NCBI GenBank assembly: GCA_023356605.1
Contig: JAKQYE010000039.1
Location: forward strand, 1 to 34,066
DNA from: Trichodesmium sp. MAG_R02
GTDB lineage: Bacteria > Cyanobacteriota > Cyanobacteriia > Cyanobacteriales > Microcoleaceae
Direction of reading: 5' to 3'
Length of the DNA stretch: 34,066 nucleotides
How positions within the stretch are numbered: position 1 is the first letter of the stretch; every line of letters starts with the position of its first letter. Position numbers and translations under genes: made by a program. Below, in pieces: positions 1 to 8,792 of the stretch. The notes under the pieces were generated by a model. That model was given only the letters and a program-made list of their open reading frames with translations. It was not told where the DNA came from and searched no databases.

Positions 1-562
1 ACTTAAGGGTAAACAAATGACTGTTATTATAAATGAAGTTATCATTAAGGGTTTTCCTAAGTTGAGGAAATAAAGAATAGTTTTATTCATAATTTTTCCA
101 TGTTGTTGTTAATTTTTATTTCAGCTTTAATACAGTTAAATGAATAGCTAACACCGTTTCACGAAAGTTATTTTAGTTCTCGGTATCTATAGCCAAAGCT
201 GGAGGCTTGAAATACTGAATCGAATATTTTTTTCATCCCCTGAAAGGGGAGGCTTGAGGCCTTATTTTTTGCTCATCATGACTGAAACGGATTGGCAGAA
301 AGCAACCTCAGAGGTTTTGAATACATCAACATTTCGTTATATAGTAAGGTTTATTCGTGCTTATCTACTTAATCACTTTGAAAATATTGGATACTTAAAT
401 GGGATTTATCGCTTCTTCAATATTGGTCATTGATAAAGCATTGATAATAAATTCCTAGACAGTTCTGCGAGATATTACTTGATTAGGTTAACTTGTTTAA
501 ACTTTATGGTCAGAATTTTTTTTTTAATTCCTCTAGAAATATAAATCTTCTTTTTTGGAGAT

Positions 563-2926
563 TTATTTTGATGATTTATAGTTGAAAAATAGATAAATAC
601 ACAACCCAGTAGTTATGAAGAAAAGAATCCATATTCTCTCATCAATAGTATTTAAACCAAATAATAGACTAAGTAACTGTGTTTGCGCTCCTATTATAAA
701 ACTGAGCAAAATGATAACTAATGTAATAATGATAAGTATCCAATTTTTTTTCTGTTGTTTGTAAATGTTATAAGTAGTTGATACAAATAATAAAAAGAGA
801 ATAATAAAAACAAATGGCTCTAATGGTTGAAACCCTTGAAGGTTGTTAGAGTTAAAAATTAGATCTTTAGGTTCGTTGACATAATAAAGTCTAAAAGGTA
901 TCCAAAGTAGCGTCATAGCTTGAGAAAAAACTAGATGTTGCATGTATTTATTCTGATTAAAAAATTTTCTTGGTTCTTGAACTTGCCCCCAAAGAACAAT
1001 AAAGATTAAAATTGTAAAAACTATTAGCAAGAAAGTGTAAGCGTAAAACCAGCGACTGATAGAAACCCAATTTTTTCTTCCTTTCCAAGTTGTATTGAAA
1101 TTTAATCCAAGAGTCATGAAGTTATGGAAACCAATGACTTGTGATTCAGTAATTTTATTGTTGTCTTTCAATTTAAGATAATTAAGTAGGGCTTGTTCAA
1201 GGGTGGGTTTATTAATTATGATCTTGTCTTCATTGATAAGCTCTCTAGTGTTAACGATTTCTAAGGGTATTTCTTTAATGCTATTGAGTTCACCTTTAAT
1301 AGCTGAGACTTTAATACTTGATTGAGCAGACTGACTGACTTCAAAAAGTAGCATATTAGGTGATGTAACTTCTATACAAGTAACAATGATGGAGATTAAT
1401 AATACTATAGGTATTACCCACTTAAATTCATATTTATTAATTATTTGTCCCCAACCTTGGCAAACACTCCAGATAACTGCCCAAAAAGCACACATAGGAT
1501 ATATAATCATATGTGGGTATAATTTGGCGTACCACAAAAACTTTTCTAAGCCAAATTCACAAATAATACTAAGAGGTAGACCAAATACACCTAACATTCC
1601 AAACAACCGTAATTGAAGAGGTAATTGATACTCAGATAAAAAACTTTTCCATGTTGGCAAAGGAACTGCAGGATTTGGTACAATTACAGGCAGGGAATGT
1701 CCTCCCGGATATTTATCAGGTTTATTGTATTCTTTTTTTAACCCTTTTCTTGCTTTCCCCACTGCAACAAATAAAGCTTCATCGCGAGAGAAAGATTTCA
1801 GAAAATATTTGAGAAAATCTATCGCCATTTTATCAGGTATTGATTCTTTCATTACGATACTTTGGGGGAAACGTAATTCAGCAAGCCTATTCGCAATACC
1901 TAACCCGTCACAAGAGTTAAAAATAGCCAAATATAATCCCTGCTCAATAGCGACTTTTAACTCTTCTTCTATATCATCTATAGTAATACCTATTTTATCA
2001 CTTTTATTCAGATATAGGACTCCTTGACCATTTTTATTAGTTTTACTATGACCTGAATAAAAGATAATATTCCACCCTTTTTTTTCTGTTAATTCAGTTT
2101 TTAATTCTTCTAGAGTAGGTTGCGCTAAAAATTTAGGATTTCCACCATATTTCCTTACTTCATTGAGTAAATCTGAGTCTCGATCAGTATTAATATTATC
2201 GCTATCTCCTAAGATAACTAAAATACGAACTTGGGGATGTCGTTTAATATTTTTCCACCCTGGAGGTGGTTCATATTCTGGCGGACTAATAGCAATTTCT
2301 ATTTTAGAATACTCATACTCTTGAAAGAACTCCCATTCTTGCCAAGGAAGTTGTTTTAATAAAGCGTTATCAGTTTGAATAGTGACAGAAATTTCTCCTG
2401 AATTATCAAGATATTCAGTTAACAAATCACTAACTTTTAACCATCTTTCCGATTTCAGCCAATTGTTGAATTTAGTAGTCAAATTTAGATAAGATTCCCA
2501 ACAATTTGGACGAGTATCTTCTTCATCTTGACTGTTAGTGGCAGCTTCTTCTTCATCGTCATCATCATCTATCGTAATTCCATCATCATCATCCTCATCA
2601 ACCACTTGTGGTAAATCTTCTTCATAGTTATCATCATCTATCGTAATTCCATCATCATCATCCTCATCAACCACTTGTGATAAATTTTCTTCAATTGCAG
2701 TTGTACTATTCTTTCGGGATCTAGGGTTTACAATTTGACTAAATGTTTCTTTCCATTGATCAAGTGATGATTCAAGACTTTCAGGAACTGAATGAACAAG
2801 ATATCGCCTATAAATTTTTGATGAATTATTCTCATTATCAATTTTTACTTCTATCCTGAACCATTCCAGTTCACCAGTTCTTTTATTTATCTGTTCAACT
2901 AAGTTGAGGTCAATTTTTTGTGCCAT
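563..2926 (-). CDS. CHAT (caspase-like) domain protein fused to a C-terminal polytopic membrane domain (787 aa)
   Basis: Long ORF. The central part has CHAT-type His and Cys motifs (IIFYSGHSKTN and LAIFNSCDGLGIA), preceded by an LPWQEWEFF segment typical of cyanobacterial CHAT proteins. The N-terminal third contains two 23-aa acidic repeats. The C-terminal ~350 aa has about 7-8 long hydrophobic stretches (e.g. FGMLGVFGLPLSIICEFG, WVIPIVLLISIIVTCI, FYAYTFLLIVFTILIFIVLW, ILIIITLVIILLSFIIG). Confidence 0.8.
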   Translation of the reverse strand: MAQKIDLNLVEQINKRTGELEWFRIEVKIDNENNSSKIYRRYLVHSVPESLESSLDQWKETFSQIVNPRSRKNSTTAIEENLSQVVDEDDDDGITIDDDNYEEDLPQVVDEDDDDGITIDDDDDEEEAATNSQDEEDTRPNCWESYLNLTTKFNNWLKSERWLKVSDLLTEYLDNSGEISVTIQTDNALLKQLPWQEWEFFQEYEYSKIEIAISPPEYEPPPGWKNIKRHPQVRILVILGDSDNINTDRDSDLLNEVRKYGGNPKFLAQPTLEELKTELTEKKGWNIIFYSGHSKTNKNGQGVLYLNKSDKIGITIDDIEEELKVAIEQGLYLAIFNSCDGLGIANRLAELRFPQSIVMKESIPDKMAIDFLKYFLKSFSRDEALFVAVGKARKGLKKEYNKPDKYPGGHSLPVIVPNPAVPLPTWKSFLSEYQLPLQLRLFGMLGVFGLPLSIICEFGLEKFLWYAKLYPHMIIYPMCAFWAVIWSVCQGWGQIINKYEFKWVIPIVLLISIIVTCIEVTSPNMLLFEVSQSAQSSIKVSAIKGELNSIKEIPLEIVNTRELINEDKIIINKPTLEQALLNYLKLKDNNKITESQVIGFHNFMTLGLNFNTTWKGRKNWVSISRWFYAYTFLLIVFTILIFIVLWGQVQEPRKFFNQNKYMQHLVFSQAMTLLWIPFRLYYVNEPKDLIFNSNNLQGFQPLEPFVFIILFLLFVSTTYNIYKQQKKNWILIIITLVIILLSFIIGAQTQLLSLLFGLNTIDERIWILFFITTGLCIYLFFNYKSSK
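2561..2694 (-). repeat. In-frame 69-bp tandem duplication encoding two 23-aa acidic repeats inside the CHAT gene
   Basis: Copy 1 is 2561-2625 and copy 2 is 2630-2694, nearly identical. They encode LSQVVDEDDDDGITIDDDNYEED and LPQVVDEDDDDGITIDDDDDEEE. Confidence 0.9.
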
Positions 2927-3149
2927 AAATGATTAATTATTCATAATAGGACTTAGAAATTTTTGTAGTGGTAAACAACTAATGATTTTTCTACTCTACC
3001 TTCTGACACATAATGAAAGGAATGTAGCAACTAATATCCTTACCTGTTTAGGACTACCGAAATTTTTTAGGAGAAAAATGTGACAAAGCAAGTCTATACA
3101 AAGAAATTATGTCCGTGCCATAAAAATGCCAAGACTCCTTGCTGACAGG

Positions 3150-4439
3150 TTAACTAACCGGAAAAGGTTCAGTTTTACTTTGGCCGTTTAGAGTGATTTT
3201 AATCTGAAACACTTTTCCTTTTTTTATATTACTTTCAAGTTTTTCGATATTCATAGTTGCAGGCTTGCTAGGATTAGGAGGAATAAAAAGCTGATTATCT
3301 CCTGTTTTAGCTGTATTTGAAGTCAAAACTTTACCAGAAGGGTTGAGTAACGCTAATTCTAAACCAGAGGGTAAACTTCTTGTATCTACTCCATGAGGAA
3401 TTAGTTTAAAAGACAGCTTTATGTCTTGATTTTCTTTTCCTTGTTTAATCTCAATCATTAGAACAAATCTTTGATTATCTAATTCAATTATTTTCCCTCT
3501 GTTGAATTGAATAGATTGCTCTTTTTTAGATAGCTGATTAGCATCTGCTCTTGGTCTTCGCGCACTAGAAACTAATATTTTTTCAGGTTCAAGCCAATTA
3601 ACATCTAAAAGTTTTTCAAGCCGTTCCCTATAATAATTAATTTGATCATCATGATGATCAGCACACAACTTCGAGTATAACTGCTCCCGCCAATTATGCT
3701 TCGACATCAATGCCGCCCATTTAGGAAAAGCCACTTCTGAATCATCAATAGGTTCGGAGTTAGTCACTAATAACCTGGGAGAGTAACCACGAGGTTTACC
3801 CAAAACCTCCGAGATGCGATCAAACTCATTATCGGATAACTGTGGGAGCGCCGAGACTTCTGCCCTTTCTGTTTCCTGAAATTGACGGGCAACCCACATC
3901 ACAGTCAAATCCTCAATTAACAACTCCCCTGGAACCGAATAGTTGCGCAAAACTGGGTCATATTCTGCCTTTTGTTTAAGAGTTTTATGAGAAATGAAGC
4001 CCCAGATCCTTAGCCACCTCTGCTCCAAATTAACCTGCACTCCCAAATAATAGTCTGCCAGCCAATTTGGAATATCCACCCACTCTTGAGGCACGGAAAA
4101 TTCATCCGTATCTATGGTCTCCTGGGGAATCAATGCTAGGCGGGTATGGCCGATAGTCAAAGCAGTCCCGTTGACAAATTCCCAAATACTAGGCAAATCT
4201 TCAGCGCTTGGCCAAATATTAAACTCTTCCTCTATAGGCGCCTCCATCCGAAGCCAATTTGTAAAACAATTTAACACTAAACGATTAATTAAGGCATGAC
4301 GGCGGGCTACATCATAAGAATAGTCTGAATTGTTGGGGGATGCTGCCTCTAGATCTTCTGGGGTGATTTCCAGAAAAACTTGTTCTGGATATATTGCTGT
4401 TAACTTTTTGATTAAACTAGACATTTTTGTTGCCTCCAC
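3150..4439 (-). CDS. DUF1822 family protein
   Basis: The 429-aa ORF matches my recollection of the cyanobacterial DUF1822 family (WEFVNGTALTIGHTRLALIPQE, VPQEWVDIPNWLADYYLGVQVN, RIWGFISH). The track start is a GTG overlapping the upstream TAG stop (TAGTG). A more likely start is ATG at 4424, which has GGAGG 7-8 nt upstream. Either start is tightly coupled to the sigma-like gene. Confidence 0.75.
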   Translation of the reverse strand: MEATKMSSLIKKLTAIYPEQVFLEITPEDLEAASPNNSDYSYDVARRHALINRLVLNCFTNWLRMEAPIEEEFNIWPSAEDLPSIWEFVNGTALTIGHTRLALIPQETIDTDEFSVPQEWVDIPNWLADYYLGVQVNLEQRWLRIWGFISHKTLKQKAEYDPVLRNYSVPGELLIEDLTVMWVARQFQETERAEVSALPQLSDNEFDRISEVLGKPRGYSPRLLVTNSEPIDDSEVAFPKWAALMSKHNWREQLYSKLCADHHDDQINYYRERLEKLLDVNWLEPEKILVSSARRPRADANQLSKKEQSIQFNRGKIIELDNQRFVLMIEIKQGKENQDIKLSFKLIPHGVDTRSLPSGLELALLNPSGKVLTSNTAKTGDNQLFIPPNPSKPATMNIEKLESNIKKGKVFQIKITLNGQSKTEPFPVS

Positions 4440-5971
4440 TAATGAATGTTTTCTTGGAAAATATGAATTAAAAACTCGTCAACTAAGTCACTAGTTTTTT
4501 TCTTCAAGGGTTCAGAGGATGCTAGGGAAATTTCTAATTTCTCCTCTAGCCATTGTAAAATTTTGGTAACTAAAACTTGAAAAACATCCTCAATTTTCTC
4601 TTTTTCAGGATCAGTAAGGCTGAACTCTGGAGTATTTGTATTGAAAGGTTTGCGCTTTTCCAATTTAAAAGGTTTGCGCTTTATATGCAATTCAAGTATT
4701 TCTTGGGACGAGGGTTCCAACTGCTGCCATATTTTTAGAAACGATTGGTAAACCAGGGAGGAAAAATGCTTTTCATTATTTTTGCGCACCTTATTAACTA
4801 ACTGAGATGTATTCGCATCCAATTTTTTTTGAGCACGCAACTCCTCCACTTTTTCACTCATTCCTTGCCTCTGACAAAATTCTTCCAGCCACTTTTTATT
4901 ACTCTTATTAATTCGACGACTAACCTGAGATTTGTTTTCTTGATACAGTTCGGCAATCCCATCCATTGAAAGCTCAAAAACATACAATAAAATCAGTGAA
5001 CCATATTCTTTGCTATTTGAATTATCTAGTAAATCGTCGCTTTCTTGAAGATTGATCATGGTAGTATCTGCTTCCCAATTGTATCTTTCTTCAGGAGTTA
5101 CGTCTAGAAATGTTGTCCCTTCACCATTTTTGATATGATCATCTAAGCTAATTTCCTTCGGGCGATAATTATATTGATACAGCGCCTCAATAGCATTTTC
5201 TAAACATTGGTGAATAAACTCAGCATTGACCTGTGAATTATCCTGTTTTAATTCTGGCGATCGCCTCCGCTGCAGAATCGGATATCTTTCTGCCATTGCC
5301 TCTAACTGCTCCTGTGTTGGTGGGTTATATTTTTCCCCTTTTACCGGAGCATAAACTTCCTTAAAGCATTCCCAAGCTAAGAAATAACTTTCTAGTTTGA
5401 TATTGGGATAGCCAGAAAATTTTAAAGCTTGCTTAAGTTTCTTTCCACTGAATGTATATAGTATCCGGTATTTTCTAGATTTTTCTAGTTGTATTTCAGC
5501 ATCTTTCAAACGTAACAATTTTTGAAAGACTTGATCTCTAATTTTATGTTTTATATCATTATAAATATAACCATATGTACCTCGACTGCTATTGTATGTT
5601 GCAAAAAATTTGCCTGGCTCAGAAGCAATTTTAAATCCCTCTTGATAGATATCCTCTAAACCTAATGAACCGGAATACTTAAATTGATCATAATTATTAT
5701 AAAACTCCCTAGCTGCTTTCTGCGCAATATGGCATAAATAAGCTTGCAAATGTTTAACTGCAAATTTGTCATTGCCATTGCGAAACTGTTCAACAAAAAT
5801 CACCAAAGCTTCTTCCGGGTTTAAACCTGGTTTAGACTCTAGCATTTTTTGCAAACTGTGTTTGAGACCTGTTTCTATTTTCCACCTTAGTTTTCCTGAA
5901 CTATCCAAAATAGGCCAACAGCAAAACAACGAAATTAAGTCTTTGTCCATGAAAATCACTCCTCCCATCAC
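4439..5971 (-). CDS. Atypical long sigma-70-like protein (region 2-like and region 4-like segments)
   Basis: 510-aa ORF. GLEDIYQEGFKIASEPGKFF...YGYIYNDIKHKIRDQV resembles sigma70 region 2. ILLYVFELSMDGIAELYQENKSQVSRRINKSNKKW resembles the region 4 HTH. The probable true start is ATG at 5950 (MDKDLISLF), with GGGAGGAG 8 nt upstream. Confidence 0.6.
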   Translation of the reverse strand: MMGGVIFMDKDLISLFCCWPILDSSGKLRWKIETGLKHSLQKMLESKPGLNPEEALVIFVEQFRNGNDKFAVKHLQAYLCHIAQKAAREFYNNYDQFKYSGSLGLEDIYQEGFKIASEPGKFFATYNSSRGTYGYIYNDIKHKIRDQVFQKLLRLKDAEIQLEKSRKYRILYTFSGKKLKQALKFSGYPNIKLESYFLAWECFKEVYAPVKGEKYNPPTQEQLEAMAERYPILQRRRSPELKQDNSQVNAEFIHQCLENAIEALYQYNYRPKEISLDDHIKNGEGTTFLDVTPEERYNWEADTTMINLQESDDLLDNSNSKEYGSLILLYVFELSMDGIAELYQENKSQVSRRINKSNKKWLEEFCQRQGMSEKVEELRAQKKLDANTSQLVNKVRKNNEKHFSSLVYQSFLKIWQQLEPSSQEILELHIKRKPFKLEKRKPFNTNTPEFSLTDPEKEKIEDVFQVLVTKILQWLEEKLEISLASSEPLKKKTSDLVDEFLIHIFQENIH

Positions 5972-6472
5972 AATTGTCTTATATAGGCCTAATCATAATA
6001 GCTATTTAATAATCAAAAGGGACATTGACAAACCATCACCTATCCTCCAAAAGTCCAATTTTTCATAAATTATTGAATTCATGGCCATCCCCATAGCAGA
6101 TACCACCCAATTCAGATTTACAATCCATCCAAGACCTCTTTATCTTTAAATTAGGTGGAATTTTTGACTTTGTTGCAGCGATCGCTAAAATTTCTTTCCC
6201 AACCCCAAGAACCTGTCTTGCTAGCTGAGTAGAAGGTAATAAAAACTAGCCTTCACAGCAAAACCAGCAAATTAAATCTTCCTCCATTAAATTAGCTCCT
6301 CCCATCAGAATTGTTCTATACACACCTATCCTCCAGAAGTCCAATTTTTCATAAATTATTGAATTCATGGCCATCCCCATAGCAGATACCACCCAATTCA
6401 GATTTATGATCCATCCAAGACCTCTTTACCTTTAAACTAGGTGGAATTTTTGACTTTGTTGCAGCGATCGCC
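5959..6472 (-). repeat. Tandem duplication (period ~286 bp) of the leader, RBS and first codons of the sigma-like gene
   Basis: The 150-bp cores 6037-6186 and 6323-6472 differ at about 5 positions by eye. Both end in HIP1 GCGATCGC. The RBS/start segment 5959-5985 recurs at 6296-6320. Confidence 0.9.
6246..6305 (-). pseudogene. Truncated diverged duplicate of the sigma-like gene 5-prime end (19 codons then stop)
   Basis: The reverse strand reads ATGGGAGGAGCTAATTTAATGGAGGAAGATTTAATTTGCTGGTTTTGCTGTGAAGGCTAG, i.e. MGGANLMEEDLICWFCCEG*. The real N-terminus is MGGVIFMDKDLISLFCCWP. Confidence 0.55.
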
Positions 6473-6564
6473 AATATAGTAATCATCCTTATTATTGGTC
6501 TCCGTTTTTGTTAATTGGTAATCAGTTGTAATTCAGTTTATTTGTAACGCTTCCTATTAAGAAG

Positions 6565-6715
6565 GTTTTACCCAAAGGTTGGGTAGTACAAAGAAGATTT
6601 GCCTGGTTTAACCAATATCGTCCCCTGAGAAAAGATGGCTAAATATCTTCCAGAAATGAGTGAGGTTGTTATACTATATATGCTGTTATAACTCACATTA
6701 TACTAGGCTACATAA
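6565..6715 (+). pseudogene. IS5/IS4-superfamily DDE transposase C-terminal remnant
   Basis: Translation LPKGWVVQRRFAWFNQYRPLRKDG* followed after a frameshift by YLPEMSEVVILYMLL. This matches the conserved C-terminal RWVVERTFAWLNxxRRLxKDYE...SE motif of IS5-family transposases. No upstream transposase body is present. Confidence 0.55.
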
Positions 6716-6885
6716 CTTCCTAAATATTTACTTTATAAATGTTTTCTAAAGCTAAACATTACGAGAAAATCAGAGTTTTTTTTATTATGGTAAAACCAAA
6801 AGATTTTAAAGTCATCAAAAAAGATGAACAAGGATTAGTCTATATCTGGAAATTGAGATAATAAATTGACATTAGTAAATATCAA

Positions 6886-6988
6886 CAAGACTTACGTAAA
6901 GAAACCAGGTTTATACAGTAAATCATTGTTTTTAACACATAAATATCTACGAGAAACCGGGTTTCTCAGTTTGCCTGCGTAAGTCCTG
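6886..6988. mobile_element. MITE family A copy 1 (103 bp, TIR CAGGACTTACGCA / TGCGTAAGTCCTG)
   Basis: caagacttacgtaaag...gcctgcgtaagtcctg. About 90-97 percent identical by eye to the copies at 9834, 28767 and 30952. Confidence 0.85.
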
Positions 6989-7165
6989 ATCAAAAAATTA
7001 ACAGTGTAGACAATTTTCCATATTTTTTTAATAGATACAACTCTTATACAACTTTTTACCATTTAGGATTTAAAAGCCCAAGGTTATATATTGTTTGCAA
7101 TTAGTTCGGGTTTTAATTTTCATCTAATTGGTATTCTCTACCATCTTCTCCATTGAATTTATATT

Positions 7166-8251
7166 ATGATTACTTCACAATTCTATAGTTCAAAATATTT
7201 CTCTGAAACTTATAACGAAGCCAGAAATAAATTCTGTGACGCTGCAAAAGCTGCAAATGCAAAACTTGAAACAATCGAATTATACTCTCAAAATTGCCGA
7301 AATAATTCTTTATATACTGATATAGCATGGTTAGGAAATCCCAAGCCTGATAATGTAATTTTGCATTCTTCGGGTTTACATGGAGTAGAGGGGTTTGCTG
7401 GTTCAGCAATACAAATCTGTGTCTTAAAAAATTTACCCGTTTTAAGGAATGAAGATGCATTAATTCTAGTACATTGCTTAAATCCTTATGGAATGATAAA
7501 CTTTCGTCGTGTTAATGCTTCAAACGTTGATTTAAATCGAAACTTTTTATTTTCCAGTGATGAGTATTCCGGTTCTCCAAATATCTATAGTAAGATTAAT
7601 TCTTTAATTAATCCTGACTCTCCTCCAGTATTTGATTTATTTTTTCTGAGAGCATTAGCAATAATTCTAAAATATGGCTTTGTAGCTGTTAAGCAAGCAG
7701 TAGCAAATGGTCAATATGATTTTCCTAAAGGATTATTTTTTGGTGGAATAGAACTTCAGGAAGAATTAGTAAATTATAAGGAGTGGCTTCTCAAAAATTT
7801 ACCTTTAGTAAAGAATATTTGTGCCATAGATGTTCATACAGGTTTAGGTCGTTTTGCCAATGATTTACTTCTTATAGAAGAAAATTGTTCTCATTCAGAT
7901 TTGGAAAAACTTCAAAAACACTTTGGTAAAGAAAGAATAAAAACACCAAATCCAAATAAGTCTGTAGCTTATCAAACAAAAGGTAGTATCTCTCAAGCTA
8001 TTCCTCAGCTTTTAAATCGAGCAAAAGTTAATTTCTTAACACAAGAGTTTGGCACTGTTTCACCTATTTCGGTTCTCTTTGCATTACGAGAAGAAAATAG
8101 AAATTATCATTACGGTAAAAATGATCAGTCGTATTCATCAGTTAAGATTAGGCTTAAAGAGGCTTTTTATCCTTCTTCAAATATATGGAGAAAAAAAGTT
8201 TTATTTAGAGGACTTCAATTAGTACATCAATCAACTAAATTTATCTTTTAA
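7166..8251 (+). CDS. M14-like metallopeptidase / DUF2817 family protein
   Basis: 361-aa ORF with HSSGLHGVEG (HxxE zinc motif), VDLNRNF and a later DVHTGLG histidine. These are hallmarks of the M14 carboxypeptidase/succinylglutamate-desuccinylase-like fold (DUF2817 type). Confidence 0.65.
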   Translation: MITSQFYSSKYFSETYNEARNKFCDAAKAANAKLETIELYSQNCRNNSLYTDIAWLGNPKPDNVILHSSGLHGVEGFAGSAIQICVLKNLPVLRNEDALILVHCLNPYGMINFRRVNASNVDLNRNFLFSSDEYSGSPNIYSKINSLINPDSPPVFDLFFLRALAIILKYGFVAVKQAVANGQYDFPKGLFFGGIELQEELVNYKEWLLKNLPLVKNICAIDVHTGLGRFANDLLLIEENCSHSDLEKLQKHFGKERIKTPNPNKSVAYQTKGSISQAIPQLLNRAKVNFLTQEFGTVSPISVLFALREENRNYHYGKNDQSYSSVKIRLKEAFYPSSNIWRKKVLFRGLQLVHQSTKFIF

Positions 8252-8466
8252 TACTTATTATTGCTTTATTAATAAGGAATTTAAACTATAGCTATACACT
8301 ATAAATTAAAACAAAACTCAAACATTTGAAGAACTTCAAAACAAGCTTCGCCTATGTTGGAGTTAGATTCAAAAAAACATTTTTTTTAGTAGTGGTGTCC
8401 AAGTTGTTCCATTAATAACACTAGATGAAAAACTTATGATTGTTAGGACTTTCGCCCTTAAAATAC

Positions 8467-8596
8467 AGCAGTTTTTATGTCGGCAGACCACAGTAGGGAC
8501 CTTTCGCTACGGGACATGAAACCCATTTTTGTTATGCAACGTCCCTAGAAGGCTTTGTTTATGGCGATGTAGTTTATCAATTTGAAAAGCTCTGTA
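8467..8596. repeat. Dispersed element copy 1 carrying a disrupted GGGAC palindrome
   Basis: cagcagttttt...gtagaccacagtagggac...gcaacgtcccta...cgatgtagtt...gaaaagctctgt. The arms match 8793-8899. Confidence 0.7.
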
Positions 8597-8792
8597 TGAT
8601 CTTAGGCCTCCTGCCTTACCAGGAGCTCCGATTATAACTATTCAACTGGACATGATATAGCTTGTCACCCGTAGTTAGCCGCAGTTATCCTCCAGGATAG
8701 GTGACTATTCAGGAAGCTGTTAGGGTTGGGAGCGATCGCTACTCTCATCGGTGCAGTTAACAATATTATGGGCCAAAGCCCAACTAGGAGCT

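Noticed and set aside
278-433. 51-aa ORF (MTETDWQKATSEVLNTSTFRYIVRFIRAYLLNHFENIGYLNGIYRFFNIGH) and the 26-aa ORF at 29903-29983 upstream of hesB
   Set aside because: Neither has a convincing RBS or any recognisable family. Both are short enough to arise by chance. They are noted only as candidates for ribosome-profiling checks.
1386-2027. Plus-strand ORFs 1386-1616 and 1725-2027
   Set aside because: They are antisense to the CHAT gene, have low-complexity composition and no start context. The same applies to 4114-4299, 5766-6068, 7170-7460, 9309-9512, 11426-11614, 26659-26874, 29117-29593 and 31111-31329.
6886-6988. 5-bp target-site duplication ATCAA flanking MITE copy 1
   Set aside because: The other four copies show no matching flanking duplication of any length from 2 to 9 bp that I could see. 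The ATCAA match is probably coincidental.
8597-8792. Higher-GC 200-bp segment between the two GGGAC-core elements as a tRNA or other ncRNA
   Set aside because: No cloverleaf, T-loop (GGTTCGAA-type) or other recognisable RNA-family signature is present. A short gtcacc...ggtgac stem alone is insufficient.
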